Shown here: piece by piece, positions 50,255-61,146 of the stretch | How the letters are laid out: every line of letters begins with the position of its first letter | How positions within the stretch are numbered: position 1 is the stretch's first letter | DNA from: Marsupella aquatica | Lineage: Eukaryota; Plantae; Marchantiophyta | Reading direction: 5' to 3' | Assembly (NCBI GenBank): GCA_973895155.1 | Contig: OZ316899.1 | Coordinates: forward strand, 14,821,934-14,885,933 | DNA length: 64,000 nt | Position numbers and translations under genes: made by a program | Notes under the pieces: generated by a model | Seen by the model: the letters and a program-made list of their open reading frames with translations, nothing else | Databases searched by the model: none | What the model was told of the DNA's origin: nothing

Positions 50255-52815
50255 TCCAGATGGTCGAATAGCTTTAACCCTGAGAATAGTACGACTGGTA
50301 GAGGTGTCCAGGGTGTCGTTAGCTTGCCGCTACAAGTACACAAAATCTCCCACTTCAAACTTCCTGACCTTGGGCTGAAACGTGTGTGTGCATAACGCAG
50401 TGTGTCCCTGTGCTGTGCGATGGCCAAATTCTCCATGGCCATGGGCATAACCCTCCTGAATAGGGCAGCCCTCTCAAAGATCACATCAAACCAAGTCACA
50501 GCTGAATCCAAGTCTACCACCTGAAGCATGTGAGTAGCAATAGCAGAAGGTGGAACCGGGTGACGACCAAACAACAAGAAGTAGGGAGAAAAGTTAGACA
50601 GTGATGCATGTCTGGACATCCTATACCCCATGGCAATGTAGGGTAAGGCCAGGTCCCAATCCTCCTTGTTTTTGGTGAGGCAAATCTTCCGGAGACCCTT
50701 CTTGCATGTCTGAACCATGCGCTCTGCCAAGCCATCTACCTGTGGGTGATCTCGTGATGTCCGGCGATGATCAATGAGGGCCTGATCAAGCATCTCCTGG
50801 AACTCTCCTCTAAACTCTGAGCCATGGTCAGTGAGACATTCTGCACAAGCTCCAAAGCGGCTGAGAACTTGTTGCGGGAATGCCTGGCTGGTGCTACGGG
50901 AGGTCTTATCCGGCAATGCCACAAGTTCTATCCACTTGGAGAAATGCTCTATCATGATCATGATGTAGAGATTACCCCGAGACGTGAGGGGTAATTCTCT
51001 AGCCAAATCACATGACCAGCGATAAAACATGCCCTGAATAGGGAGTGGATGAAGTGTGGGTTGCCAAGATGTGAAAGAAGTCCTCACCCTATCACACTGT
51101 TCACACCGGGCAATAACATCTCGAACCTGGCCATGCATGCCTCTCCAATGATAATGAGGGACCCAAAGGCTGTAAGTCCTCTTAACGCCAAAATGACCAA
51201 GCTCAGAATGTACCTTACGGATAAGGCCAACCCTCTCATGAATGGGTGGAACCACCACTTCCCTGTCTGGCAAGCAGCGCACGAGATGATTTCCCTTCCA
51301 CAAGTAACGCTTGGACCTTTGCTGAATTTGGTCTCTCTGGGTTGCAGTAACATGTATGGGGTACTCCCCATGCTGCAAAAATCTCAGAGTGTCGTTGTCC
51401 TCCCATATGTCCACCACAGGTTGGTCAACAACGTAGCATGGTAGCAAAGCAAGATAGGTAGATGCATGAAATGTAGGCAGGATGGAAACCTGGTCAAAAT
51501 CCTGCCGTGCATCTGAGGAATCATCAGAGGCAATCAAAGGGCTGCGGGACATAGTGTCAACATTTTGATGTGTCACACCAGGCCTATGAATTACCTCAAA
51601 ATCATACTCCTGGAGTATGAGCGCCCAACGAGCAAGCTTGCCAGTAAGCTTGTCGTTGGTCATCAACCACTTCAAGGGCTGGTGGTCGGTGTAGAGAACA
51701 AACTTGGTCCCATAGAGGTAGGGCCTGTAATGTATGACAACCCACACAACAGCAAGGCATTCACCCTCATAAGAAGAATAATGACTCTCTGCCTGATTGT
51801 TGCTCCTGGATGCATAGGCAATGACGTACTCTTTACCTTCCTCATCATGCTGGCCCAGAATGGCACCAATCCCAAGGGCACTCCAATCTGTGTGTAGCAC
51901 AAAGACCTTGCTGAAATCAGGTCTTCTCAGCACCGGGTATTCTGAGAGCTTCTCCTTCAAAGTGGCAAATGTTGCCTCAGCATCTGTACTCCATGTCCAA
52001 GTCACATTCTTTTTCAACAAAGCATACAATGGGTGTGCAATGGTGCTGAAATCTTTGATGTAGATCCGATAGTAATTGCACAACCCAATAAAACTCCTCA
52101 AAGTGTGAACATTGGTAGGAGTGGGCATTTCCAAGATGGATACCACCTTGGCCCAGTGAGCCATGGTTCCATTTGGAAGAATGCGGTGCCCAAGGTATAC
52201 TACTGATCTGACAGAAAGTTCACACTTCTTGGGGTGTATCTTTAGGTTCACCTTCTTAAGCCTCATGAATAGCTCCTCAAGGTCAAGTAGATGCTGGTCA
52301 AATCCTTTGCTGTGGACCAACACATCATCAATGTAACATTTCAGAAACTCAGCACCTTGAAGAACCTGGTCCATGACTCTTTGAATGAATATGGGCGCAT
52401 TCTTCAAGCCAAATGGCATCACCAACCACTCCCATAGTTGGTTACTACCATGGAAAGTTGTTTTCTTGCGGTCCTTTGCAAGCAACAAAATCTGGTTAAA
52501 GCCTTGCCTTAGATCCACAAGAGTGAAGATGTCTGATTCTCCAATGCTGTCAAATAGCTCCTCTGGCCGTGGCATGGGATACCTGTCCTGGGGTGTGACC
52601 AGGTTCAGTGGCCTGTAGTCCCCACACATGCGCTTCTCTGTCCACAATCCACTAGAATCCTTCTTTGTTGGCATCACTGTAGCTGCTGCAAAATCTGATG
52701 TAGATGGCTGAATAAGACCAGCTTCATATAACTCTTGGCACCTCTCATCCACCAGCTGCCACTCATGCTTACTCAAACGATGTCTCCGCCTGAAGATAGG
52801 TGTTTCATCAACCAA
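50248..52815 (-). CDS. pol: RT-RNase H-integrase of G
   Basis: RMCGDYRPLN, MPFGLKNAP, CYIDDVLV, HTDWSALG, HSELGHFG..CEQC, WSCDL, TDHGSEF, GLAER. Confidence 0.95.
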   Translation of the reverse strand: MVDETPIFRRRHRLSKHEWQLVDERCQELYEAGLIQPSTSDFAAATVMPTKKDSSGLWTEKRMCGDYRPLNLVTPQDRYPMPRPEELFDSIGESDIFTLVDLRQGFNQILLLAKDRKKTTFHGSNQLWEWLVMPFGLKNAPIFIQRVMDQVLQGAEFLKCYIDDVLVHSKGFDQHLLDLEELFMRLKKVNLKIHPKKCELSVRSVVYLGHRILPNGTMAHWAKVVSILEMPTPTNVHTLRSFIGLCNYYRIYIKDFSTIAHPLYALLKKNVTWTWSTDAEATFATLKEKLSEYPVLRRPDFSKVFVLHTDWSALGIGAILGQHDEEGKEYVIAYASRSNNQAESHYSSYEGECLAVVWVVIHYRPYLYGTKFVLYTDHQPLKWLMTNDKLTGKLARWALILQEYDFEVIHRPGVTHQNVDTMSRSPLIASDDSSDARQDFDQVSILPTFHASTYLALLPCYVVDQPVVDIWEDNDTLRFLQHGEYPIHVTATQRDQIQQRSKRYLWKGNHLVRCLPDREVVVPPIHERVGLIRKVHSELGHFGVKRTYSLWVPHYHWRGMHGQVRDVIARCEQCDRVRTSFTSWQPTLHPLPIQGMFYRWSCDLARELPLTSRGNLYIMIMIEHFSKWIELVALPDKTSRSTSQAFPQQVLSRFGACAECLTDHGSEFRGEFQEMLDQALIDHRRTSRDHPQVDGLAERMVQTCKKGLRKICLTKNKEDWDLALPYIAMGYRMSRHASLSNFSPYFLLFGRHPVPPSAIATHMLQVVDLDSAVTWFDVIFERAALFRRVMPMAMENLAIAQHRDTLRYAHTRFSPRSGSLKWEILCTCSGKLTTPWTPLPVVLFSGLKLFDHLEC

Positions 52816-52827
52816 CTCAATGGAGAA

Positions 52828-54558
52828 CTACATGGTCTTGCACTTACCCAAGTCCTTCATAGAGAAAGCAAACACGTTCTCATGCTTGAGGAGAAAATTT
52901 AGCAGCTGGTCCTTCTGTCTTTTACTCAGGTGGTTGCCCATGATGAATGTGTAGTTGGCAACACTAGGAATAGGACCTGATGTACTCGTGCTTGAAGAGC
53001 CAGAAGTGCCAGCCTCTCCACTGTTCAAGCTGCTAGCATGCTGCTGATAAGGTGATGAGGCCTCTCTAAGGCCTGTTGAACCTGTTACGCTGGTCTCATC
53101 CACACCATGAAACTCAGAAATAATATCATCCACATTACAAGGGACCTCCTCCCCCCCAACACTTGGACTGAAGCGATGAGTGTTGAATAGAGGTAAGTGC
53201 ACTTGGTCTGGATGCCATGTAGCAGCACCATGGAGTGGTAGGGCTGGAACTCCTGATGCTGGATGAATGTACATCTGAAAAAGGATGCAAGTGACCAAAA
53301 GCCAAGTGAGAGCATTAAGATCCATTACCCTGCCAAGTAAAGCATTCCTGGCCAGCTTGGTGATTTTGGTGTGGCCTGTAGTACCGAGTTGGAAGCCCAT
53401 AGCCCGTTCACTTTCCTCAGGACTAGGTTCATCCCATGTACCGGTAGAATGTCGATAAATCAGGCCAGGACCTTCACCCTGAAAAGCATGTGCACCTGGA
53501 AAGGACACAAATGTAGGCCAAGCAGCACGGGGCTGTCCAATGGTATTGGCTGGATACCAAGGTGCAGGCTCTTGCCGTGTAACTGGTTGGCAAGAACTGT
53601 CAGGATCCAAAATCTGGTCCACTGTGAGGTTAGTGTCCCTGGATGTGTGGTGAAGAGCTAACTCCAGCAAGGAAGGTGGTGCAAGGTTAGTCCAAAAGTT
53701 ACGAAGACGATGTGCATAAGAACCACAGTGCACTGCATCAATGAGAAGGGGTGGTCCCAAGTAGTGCTGGACCACACTGAAATCCTCTTTGACCTGTGGA
53801 CGTTGGTCAAACTGAGATGGAGTATTCTCAATGATATAACCAACAGCAAGATAAAGGGATTGAGCCCAGGTGAGAATCTGAACCAATGCTGTGAAAAGGC
53901 CAGAACGAGAATCATGCAATCCAGCACTGTGACCAGCAGCTGAAAACCCTTGGCATTCCCAATCAGCTATGATCAAATCAAGGGAGCCAAGAAGGGTTAA
54001 GTGTCGGTGCTGGACAAGCTGGATATCTGGAGGGAAGAAAGAAAATGCAGACTTCCATGCACTGTGTGGAAACTGCTGGGGAAATCGCTTTGAAAATTCC
54101 AGCAAACGGGATTCAGCCACGTGCCTTGCACCTGGATCAATGTCCACGTAGATGTACTGCTTCACCACCATGCCAGACTATAGGAGAGCTTCCAGGCCTG
54201 TAGAAATGCCACCAAAAAGCTCAAGCAATGTAAAGCCATCCGGAGGAGGAGTCCATGTAACTGGTGCGCTCAAGATTGGGGCTATCGGTTGTCCATTATG
54301 CTGCCCAAGGTCCTCAAATTTGCGCAATGCAGCCACCAAAGGTCCATGGGCTGCTTGGAGCCGTAGTACCACCTCTGGTTGATGATCCACGCTGATGGAA
54401 AGTGTTGCTATACGTGCAACAACCACCTCATCATCATCCTCCTCAATCCAATCTTGCAATGGGTGGTTGACATAGGTAGCTGTGTGCACTGCTTTCAACA
54501 CACAGTGGTGAGCCATAGGTGTATGGGCACCATGCAAATCAAGTGGAATGTAGCCCAA
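52828..54558 (-). CDS. C5 DNA-cytosine methyltransferase domain (DNMT3-like) within the G polyprotein; one in-frame TAG
   Basis: Motif I LLELFGGI, II YVDID, III DI, IV DLIIADWECQGFS, V GLHDSRSGLF, VI IIENT, VIII AHRLRNFWTNL, IX ERAMGF, X RNALLG. Confidence 0.92.
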
Positions 54559-54606
54559 GTGTGAGCCATCCGTATGCCAATCAACTCTGTAGTATGCGTG
54601 CTCATG

Positions 54607-55218
54607 CTAGTTGTCAATGGTAAAACCTGGTGGGAACAAAGCCTCCTGGCCAATGAGCACATCATACGTAGTGGCATTGGTAACCAAACATCCGACTGGG
54701 AAATGCAATTCCTGATCTGTACCTCCATTAAAAGTGAGAGTGAGTAAAGTAGAACTCTCACCCAGCACATCCTCCACAGTGCCACTAGCAGTCCGAATGT
54801 GCCACCTGGATTGTTGTAAATGATCAGTCAACAGTCCCATCTTCTTGGCAAACTGAATGCCCAATATCACTGGTTGAGCGCCTGTGTCTAGCATGACCAC
54901 CTTAGGAGTGTGACCCTCCAACTTGACCGCTGAATTCCTGTTGTCAACAATGGCAATGGTGGTGGAAACTAAAGTCCTGTCACTAGGCACCACTTTTGGC
55001 AAATGATGAGGTACCTTGTAAAGGGAGTTAGTGTCCACGGTCTTCCCACTCAACAGCATAGCCAGGAAAGATGGAGCAGCATGACCAGAATCAAGTGTAG
55101 CTCTGGTCACACAATCTGTAGCAATACTGTCATCTCTACCACTGGAAATTGGTACTGGGATAGCCAAACCGGCCAGTGGAAGCATGTAATGGAGAAGAAG
55201 AAGGTCTAGCATGTACAT
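54607..55218 (-). CDS. Aspartic protease of G
   Basis: VMLDTGAQPVILG ... YDVLIGQE. Confidence 0.88.
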   Translation of the reverse strand: MYMLDLLLLHYMLPLAGLAIPVPISSGRDDSIATDCVTRATLDSGHAAPSFLAMLLSGKTVDTNSLYKVPHHLPKVVPSDRTLVSTTIAIVDNRNSAVKLEGHTPKVVMLDTGAQPVILGIQFAKKMGLLTDHLQQSRWHIRTASGTVEDVLGESSTLLTLTFNGGTDQELHFPVGCLVTNATTYDVLIGQEALFPPGFTIDN

Positions 55219-55499
55219 GAGATTGGACCTCCAAAACCAGTGGCACAGGGACTGATGAAGAATGCAGTGAGCCCTCTAGCACTCTCATGACAGCTCTAGC
55301 ATGCAGTTGTAAATCATGGCAACTGAAAAGTGGAGTTGTAAGAATCCTTTGTGCCATACCAAAGGTGAAATGCTCAAGCAGCTCAGGAGAAACAACTCCC
55401 TATGAAATGTCAGCAGCACCTGATGGTGGAATGGATGTAGCTGCAGCTCCCTCCCCCCTCGCCAACAAGGTGCGCTCTTCAGCAAGTGTGAGTGGCTGA

Positions 55500-57131
55500 A
55501 AAGATTGGGGAAGACAGCCCGAGCTCCCCTGGCTCTAGTCATAGGACCGGTAGCAAGACCATCAGCCTGTACAATGTGGCGTGTGGAAGCAATACGAGAG
55601 GCAGCACTAGCTTGCTGGTAAGCAAAATAGGATGGGCAGAATGAATCTGAAAATTCTGCTATAAGGCGAGGCTGTGTAGCAGAGGACAGCACACACTCAC
55701 CCATATGAGCATCAAATGGCAAGCCATAGAAAGAGCGGGGTAGAGGTGCTGAACTGTCAGTGGTGCCTGGGCCAGGGATGGGTTGCACGTGACCAGCCGG
55801 TTGAGAAGGACCAGCAGAGGCAGTTGACTTGCCTTTGATGTTGGCAAGTTGGGCACGTAGGGACTCAACCTCATGAGTCAGAGACTCGAGTTGAGTTGCC
55901 TGTGCGTTGTGAGCCTCCTTCTGAGCTGGTTGCTTCTGTTGCTGCTTGGGCGATTTGTTGGCACCAGGTGCTTTGCCACTGGAAGGAGGAGCAACTGAGG
56001 CAATAGGAGCCCTCCTAGCTGGTGGGGGAGTGGAAGCAGGAGTAGGATGAGGGGCCTGTTGTCATAGCTGCTTCCCCTCTGGGAATTTGGCAAAACAAAC
56101 TGCCCCCAAGTGACCCACTTTCCCGCAAAAATCACAAGACAGGTCCTCAGCAACAATATCACATTCATTAGCCTTGTGATTGGGGTTACCACAATAGTTG
56201 CAAGATGGCAGCATGAAAGTAGCATGGGCTGGCTTGGTCTTGGAACCATACTGTGGCACACGGGAAGGGGTGGCCAGTGTAGGGGCAGCAGCCTGATACC
56301 TGGATCGCGGTGGACGTGCAATATTGGCCTCATAATGTGCATGGGCCAACTCAAGTTTCTCAGCAGTGTCATAGACATTGAGCAGGGTGTAGCTGTCTCC
56401 AAACTCTAAGAATACTTGCTGCAACACTTGCAAATGGAGAGCTGGTGTGCCCTCCAATGCGCAAAGATAGTGATGAGCAGCTTCCAGGTCAGTGATGCTC
56501 TGGGTGTCCTCCTTCAGCTTGAGAAGCCGATGATACATCATCTTCAAGGTTTCATCGCGCTACCTCACAAAGGTGACCAACTGCATGATTTTGTCAGCAC
56601 TCTTGATTGAGAATTCCAATTCAAGAACCTGGAAAAACTCAGCCACTGGATCAGCAAAGGCAGGAAAATCAATGGTGGGAGAAATGCCTGATGTAGCCTG
56701 TGCCAAGACAATGGGAGTAACTGGCGCAATGGTAGGAACTGGAGTAGGAGGGGAAGTGGCAGGAGCAGCAGCATGGGCTGCAATGGCATTCTGTAAGGCC
56801 AATTGTGAGGCTACCGTAATTGCACTGGCATAGGTAGGGTTAGGCAACTGTGTGACAGCAAGCAGCCATTGAGAATGTTGCTCATACACATCCAAAGCCT
56901 CATGGTGCACATACCTGGCTAGCTCTTAAATGCAAAAGCATTTGTGAAATTGTTGTCGTACTTCAACTCCAATTCGTAAATGACAGTGTAGAAAGTGGAT
57001 TTGAACTCACATAAAGAAACAGTGCCTGGCCACCCATTGAAGCGTTCAATGCGGCCAGATGAGTGGCTGGCGTCCATGCTGTATGTTGGTGAAGCAGGAA
57101 CAATCACAGATGCAGAAGGGGTAAATGGCAA
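55500..57131 (-). pseudogene. gag: Gag of G, fragmented
   Basis: Two zinc knuckles, CNYCGNPNHKANEC and CDFCGKVGHLGAVC; collinear ORF pieces 56919-57131, 56560-56910, 56062-56547. Confidence 0.8.
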
Positions 57132-58932
57132 TGAAGTGATAGCAGGCTTTGGAGTAGTGGTGAAGCGACCACCAAATTGAGCAGGATTGCGTGGTGTGGG
57201 TGCTGCTGCTATCTGTGGATGTCATTGAAATTGCCGAGACTCCAATGAAATTGGCACCAATGGTCGTGGATCACTCCGTAAATGGTACCTAGGTGTTAGT
57301 GGCGATGAGTTGCTACCTCCTGGCTCGTCGGCTGACATGTTGCATGCTCACTCGGGGTGCCAATGGGAAAGAAATTGACAAGAAAAAGGAGTGGCAACCC
57401 CAAGGCTAGGAAATGAAACCCACGAAGGAGGCAAACGGTGTAAGGCAGCAATGTGTCGAATGTGTAAACACACAGAAAAACCGTCACAAAGAAAAACCGT
57501 AGGCAAAGAAAAGCCCCTTAAAAACTCCGGAAAGGCCTAGTGTTGGCGGCAATAAAGAAATCCGGGAAAAGAAAATAGAAGTGGCCCCCCCTTAAGTGTA
57601 TACATCGGGCCCCTATGTGGACCCAAAACTGGCAGGAAAAGGGAAACCAAAGAGGCGCGCGTCTGCGGGAAAAGAAAACCAGGCCAAGTGGGACACAGTA
57701 TCGGGGCACGGTGCTCTATGGAGGTCGTCGATGGCAAGGTAAGAGCAAACAGAAAGAAACGGGCCCTACAAAATGTGAAAGGGGCCCCCTAAAGTGTATA
57801 CACATCAGCCCGATGTGGACCTGAGAGATGGAAACAGGTCGATCATCGTGCGGCAAAAAAGCAAGACAAGCCAAAAAAGGCAAAAATAAAACGGGAAGAG
57901 TGAGGCGAAGAAAAAGAAATGAGCCCTGCATAGGGCTTCGCACCCCCCTCCCCCCTCATTATGAGCTCCCATAGCCTCCTTGGGGCTTCGTGCCCTGGCA
58001 GGCCTAAGTACTCCCGTGTGAGGGAGTTCAAATTGAACTCCCCTCCCCTCCTTTAATGCAGCTTGGGCCTTGTGCCCTCTCCTGGCACTCTCGCTCCCCC
58101 TCATGGCCTCCTTTTATTGCAGCATAGGGCCTCGTGCCCACTCCTTGCACTCCTGCTCCCCTCCTCCTGGCTTTAATGCTGCTGAAGGGCTTTGTGCCCT
58201 GCAAGAGGACTTCCGAAAGGAGTCTAAGTTTACTCCCCCCTCTTCAATGCTGACAGTGGGCTCCGTGCCCTACAGAAGGACTCCCAAAGGGGGTCGACGT
58301 TAACTCCCCTCTCTCTTTAAATCTTCATAGGGCCTCGTGCCCTCTCCTTGCGCTTGTGCTCCTGGTCGGCTCCCCCTCCTCGCGCTTAATTAAATGCTGG
58401 CCAAGATGTTGGCAACGGGCGCAGGAGGAAGAAAAATGCCGAAGGGAGTGCGCGCGGCCCTATGCACGACCCAGGGGCAATGATGAGCCCCGCATGTGTA
58501 TACACAGGCAGGACTGGGAGGCACCTCGCGACGGTAGCTGCGAGGGGAGGCAAAATGAAACAACGGCCGGTGAGAGAAAAGAAAGAACAGGACCCCAAAG
58601 GGTCATGAAAACGTAAGGCGAAGGGAAGGTGGTCGCGCTGCGACCGGAAAACACCAAATATGGCCCGAAAAAGGTCGTGCAGTCAGCAACTGGCAGCCAT
58701 AGTCGAAAGCAGCAAAGGGTCCCCTGATGCAACCGGAAAGCAAAAGTCAGGCTCCAACGGGAGCGTTATGTGTATACTTATGTTAAGTATACACATAACA
58801 CCATATTGAACCCATAATTTCAACTTGTCCCTCCGATGTCCGTCGAAGAAATTGCAATGGCTTCACCAAAAATTGTTGAAATTGTCACGAGCAATCTTCT
58901 TCCCCTCACCGCTATCTCAGCAGTTCTTCTTG

Positions 58933-59291
58933 AATAAAGGGCGTGAGAGAAACAATTGTATTGAAATCAAATCAAAAACCGGCGGGATGCCAAGATCGGC
59001 CGGGAGCATCTAACAAATCACTGTGAGAATCCTGTGTACGGAACCGACGAGCATTGTCTGAGCTCTGTCAACAGCGATTCAAGAAGAACTGAAAACCCAC
59101 AAAGAAAGACATGCCCTAAGTAAACAAAGTCCTGGCGTCACACTAACAAGCGTGTTTGCTTCAAGAACGCCTGACATTTGCTATAAGAACATGTTGCTAA
59201 CTCAAGTAGTACACTAGCCCTAACTACATACCTAGCGGGCACGCGAGGGACATGCCGATGTGCATAAGAGGCACTGTCCCTCGGCATGACA
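58933..59291 (-). repeat. 5' terminal repeat R1 of G
   Basis: 359-bp direct repeat of 49397-49755. Confidence 0.93.
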
Positions 59292-59295
59292 TAGG

Positions 59296-60622
59296 GTCAA
59301 TGAGGTTTCCCACTGGTTATGGTGCCAATCTTCGTAAGGCATTTGGGGGTGATGATTCTCCAAAATGGCCATCTTACCTGAAAACACATGATTTTCATTG
59401 GTTACTCAAACATATCATTCCAGTTGCAATTATTGGATTGGGTAGTGAGGATCTTCGAGATGCCCTATGGTCATTAGGTAAGCTCTTGAGGTGGGTGTGT
59501 CAGAAATAGGTGAATGAGGATGAGATTGCAGCGATGGACCTTTTTGGAGTGGAGGTATTGTGCAAGTTGGAGAGGGCACTCCCTCCTTCATTCTTTGATG
59601 GTCAAGTTCACTTCCTCCTCCACCTAGTGCGTGAGGTTGCGATTGCAGGGCCAGTACATTGTCGTTGGATGTACTGGGTAGAGCGGTATATGGGAGTGAT
59701 GAAGTCATATGTGTCAAATCGTGCAAGAGTGGAAGGTAGCATTGCTGAGCGTCATCTTGGAGCAGAGAGCATGTTTTATTGTACAAACATTGTAGCTACA
59801 CTTGATCCCAGAGCTCCAAGGGGCTGGATAGACGAGGCATCAAGGGAAGCAGACTTTGAGGATGACCGTCTCACAGGGGCAAAGGGAGAACAACTTATGG
59901 GCTCAACTGAGCGTCTTCAACTTACTACATTTATGTTGTATAACTCGCCTGAGATTGTGGGAGATTGGACAAGTTTTTATGAGGAGGAAAAGGCAAATAG
60001 TCGTCGGCCACGCAACTTCCCCAAGTTTGTCCCATACATGAAGGCAAAGTTGACAGAGATTGATGCCTTGTTGGAGCAAGGGGAGAGTGTGTCAGACTTC
60101 CCTTTGGTTACAGACAGTCTTCGCACCTTGGTTCATGGACCATTACTTACGGTGACAACTTGGACAGCCATGTGGTCAAAGGGAAGACATTTTTGTGTGC
60201 AACGACTTGATGACAAGAGGGCAGCTACACAAGATTGTGGGGTCATGGGTTGGTTCACCCAAGATTCACAAAGTAGCATATCTGATAGGAATCCAATACG
60301 CTCTATGGTGGCCCACTATGGAAAGATTGAAGAGATATTGAGTGTGAAGTACCATGCGCACACCACTTTGGAGGAGGTGGTGTTGAAGTGCAAATGGTTT
60401 CGGATGAACCTTGTTGGCCAAAACCGAACTTGCGAAGAAGATGCTTGTGGGTTCACACGGTTGAAGACAGGTGCAAATAGTGTCATTAGCTCAACTTGGA
60501 GAACCTCTGATCCATTTGCATTCCCCAATCATCTTGAGCAGGCCTTCTATCTTCCCTATCCCGATGATCCTGAGTGGTCCATTGTCATGAGTTATATTCC
60601 ACGATCACGATCCATAGTCTAG
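59296..60622 (+). pseudogene. CACTA TnpD transposase, 3' part (DUF4218/DUF4216-like)
   Basis: FPTGY, LKTHDFH, PPSFFD..VH.LLHLV.E..IAGPVHCRWMYWVERYM, NRARVEGSI, HYGKIEEI, KCKWF, DPFAFP..QAFY. Confidence 0.92.
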
Positions 60623-61146
60623 GAGCGACCCAATGTAGTTGTAGTTGAAGATTTGGACCCTGAGCCTTGAGGTCCTTGCTAGTGTACCTTGGGACCAATC
60701 AAATAGGACCACCTTTGAATGTTTACTTTTACCGGCATTATATATGATTGTTTTATTTCATGTACCCTCTCCTATGAGAGTGACCACATTTCTTAATAAA
60801 CTTATGAATGTTGGTTTTCCCACACTCTGTCCGATGTAGTCACCAATGGAAAGTACTCGAAAACATAGTGCCTTACAATTGTGGCAATATCCAATTCAAT
60901 CTGCATCGGACCCCTCATGAAAGTTATCGAAGACATTTCCGATCCTCTCCGCATCGGAACACTTCCGATGCCAAAAATAACGGAAATAGGGACCGATGGC
61001 TGTTGTATCGGACAAGTAATATGCGATGTAAACATAATGGCAAATTGCGTAAGGTAAAATATTGGAACTGTGCCACGGTATTAGTATCGGAAGAGTGACG
61101 AGGCGCGATATTGGAGCATCGGAAAAATGCTGAAAATGTACTAGTG

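Larger units (their letters stand above)
49221..59291 (-). mobile_element. Ty3/gypsy-type element G encoding a DNA methyltransferase and PHD finger, with split direct repeats
   Basis: Ends tgtc..gaca; 4-bp TSD TAGG at 49217-49220 and 59292-59295. Removing it restores transposase KRIGSMRFP. Repeats: 49221-49396 = 49758-49933 and 49397-49755 = 58933-59291. Confidence 0.93.
29236..61146 (+). mobile_element. CACTA (En/Spm) DNA transposon E, hosting gypsy F and G
   Basis: Perfect 14-bp TIRs cactagtacatttt / aaaatgtactagtg; 3-bp TSD ATG at 29233-29235 and 61147-61149; subterminal ATCGGA/TCCGAT arrays; TnpD-type transposase inside. Removing it restores element D integrase NVPYVH|FQNG. Confidence 0.95.

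Noticed and set aside
52828-54171. Bacterial restriction-modification methylase or contamination
   Set aside because: It is in frame between retroelement protease and RT, with no restriction partner.
57300-58800. Many short ORFs upstream of G gag
   Set aside because: Low-complexity purine/pyrimidine-skewed leader with local repeats; no recognisable domains.
49221-59291. Element G as a DIRS/Ngaro tyrosine-recombinase element
   Set aside because: No tyrosine recombinase is visible. It has an aspartic protease, a DDE integrase and a TSD, and its methyltransferase is C5-type rather than the adenine type found in DIRS.
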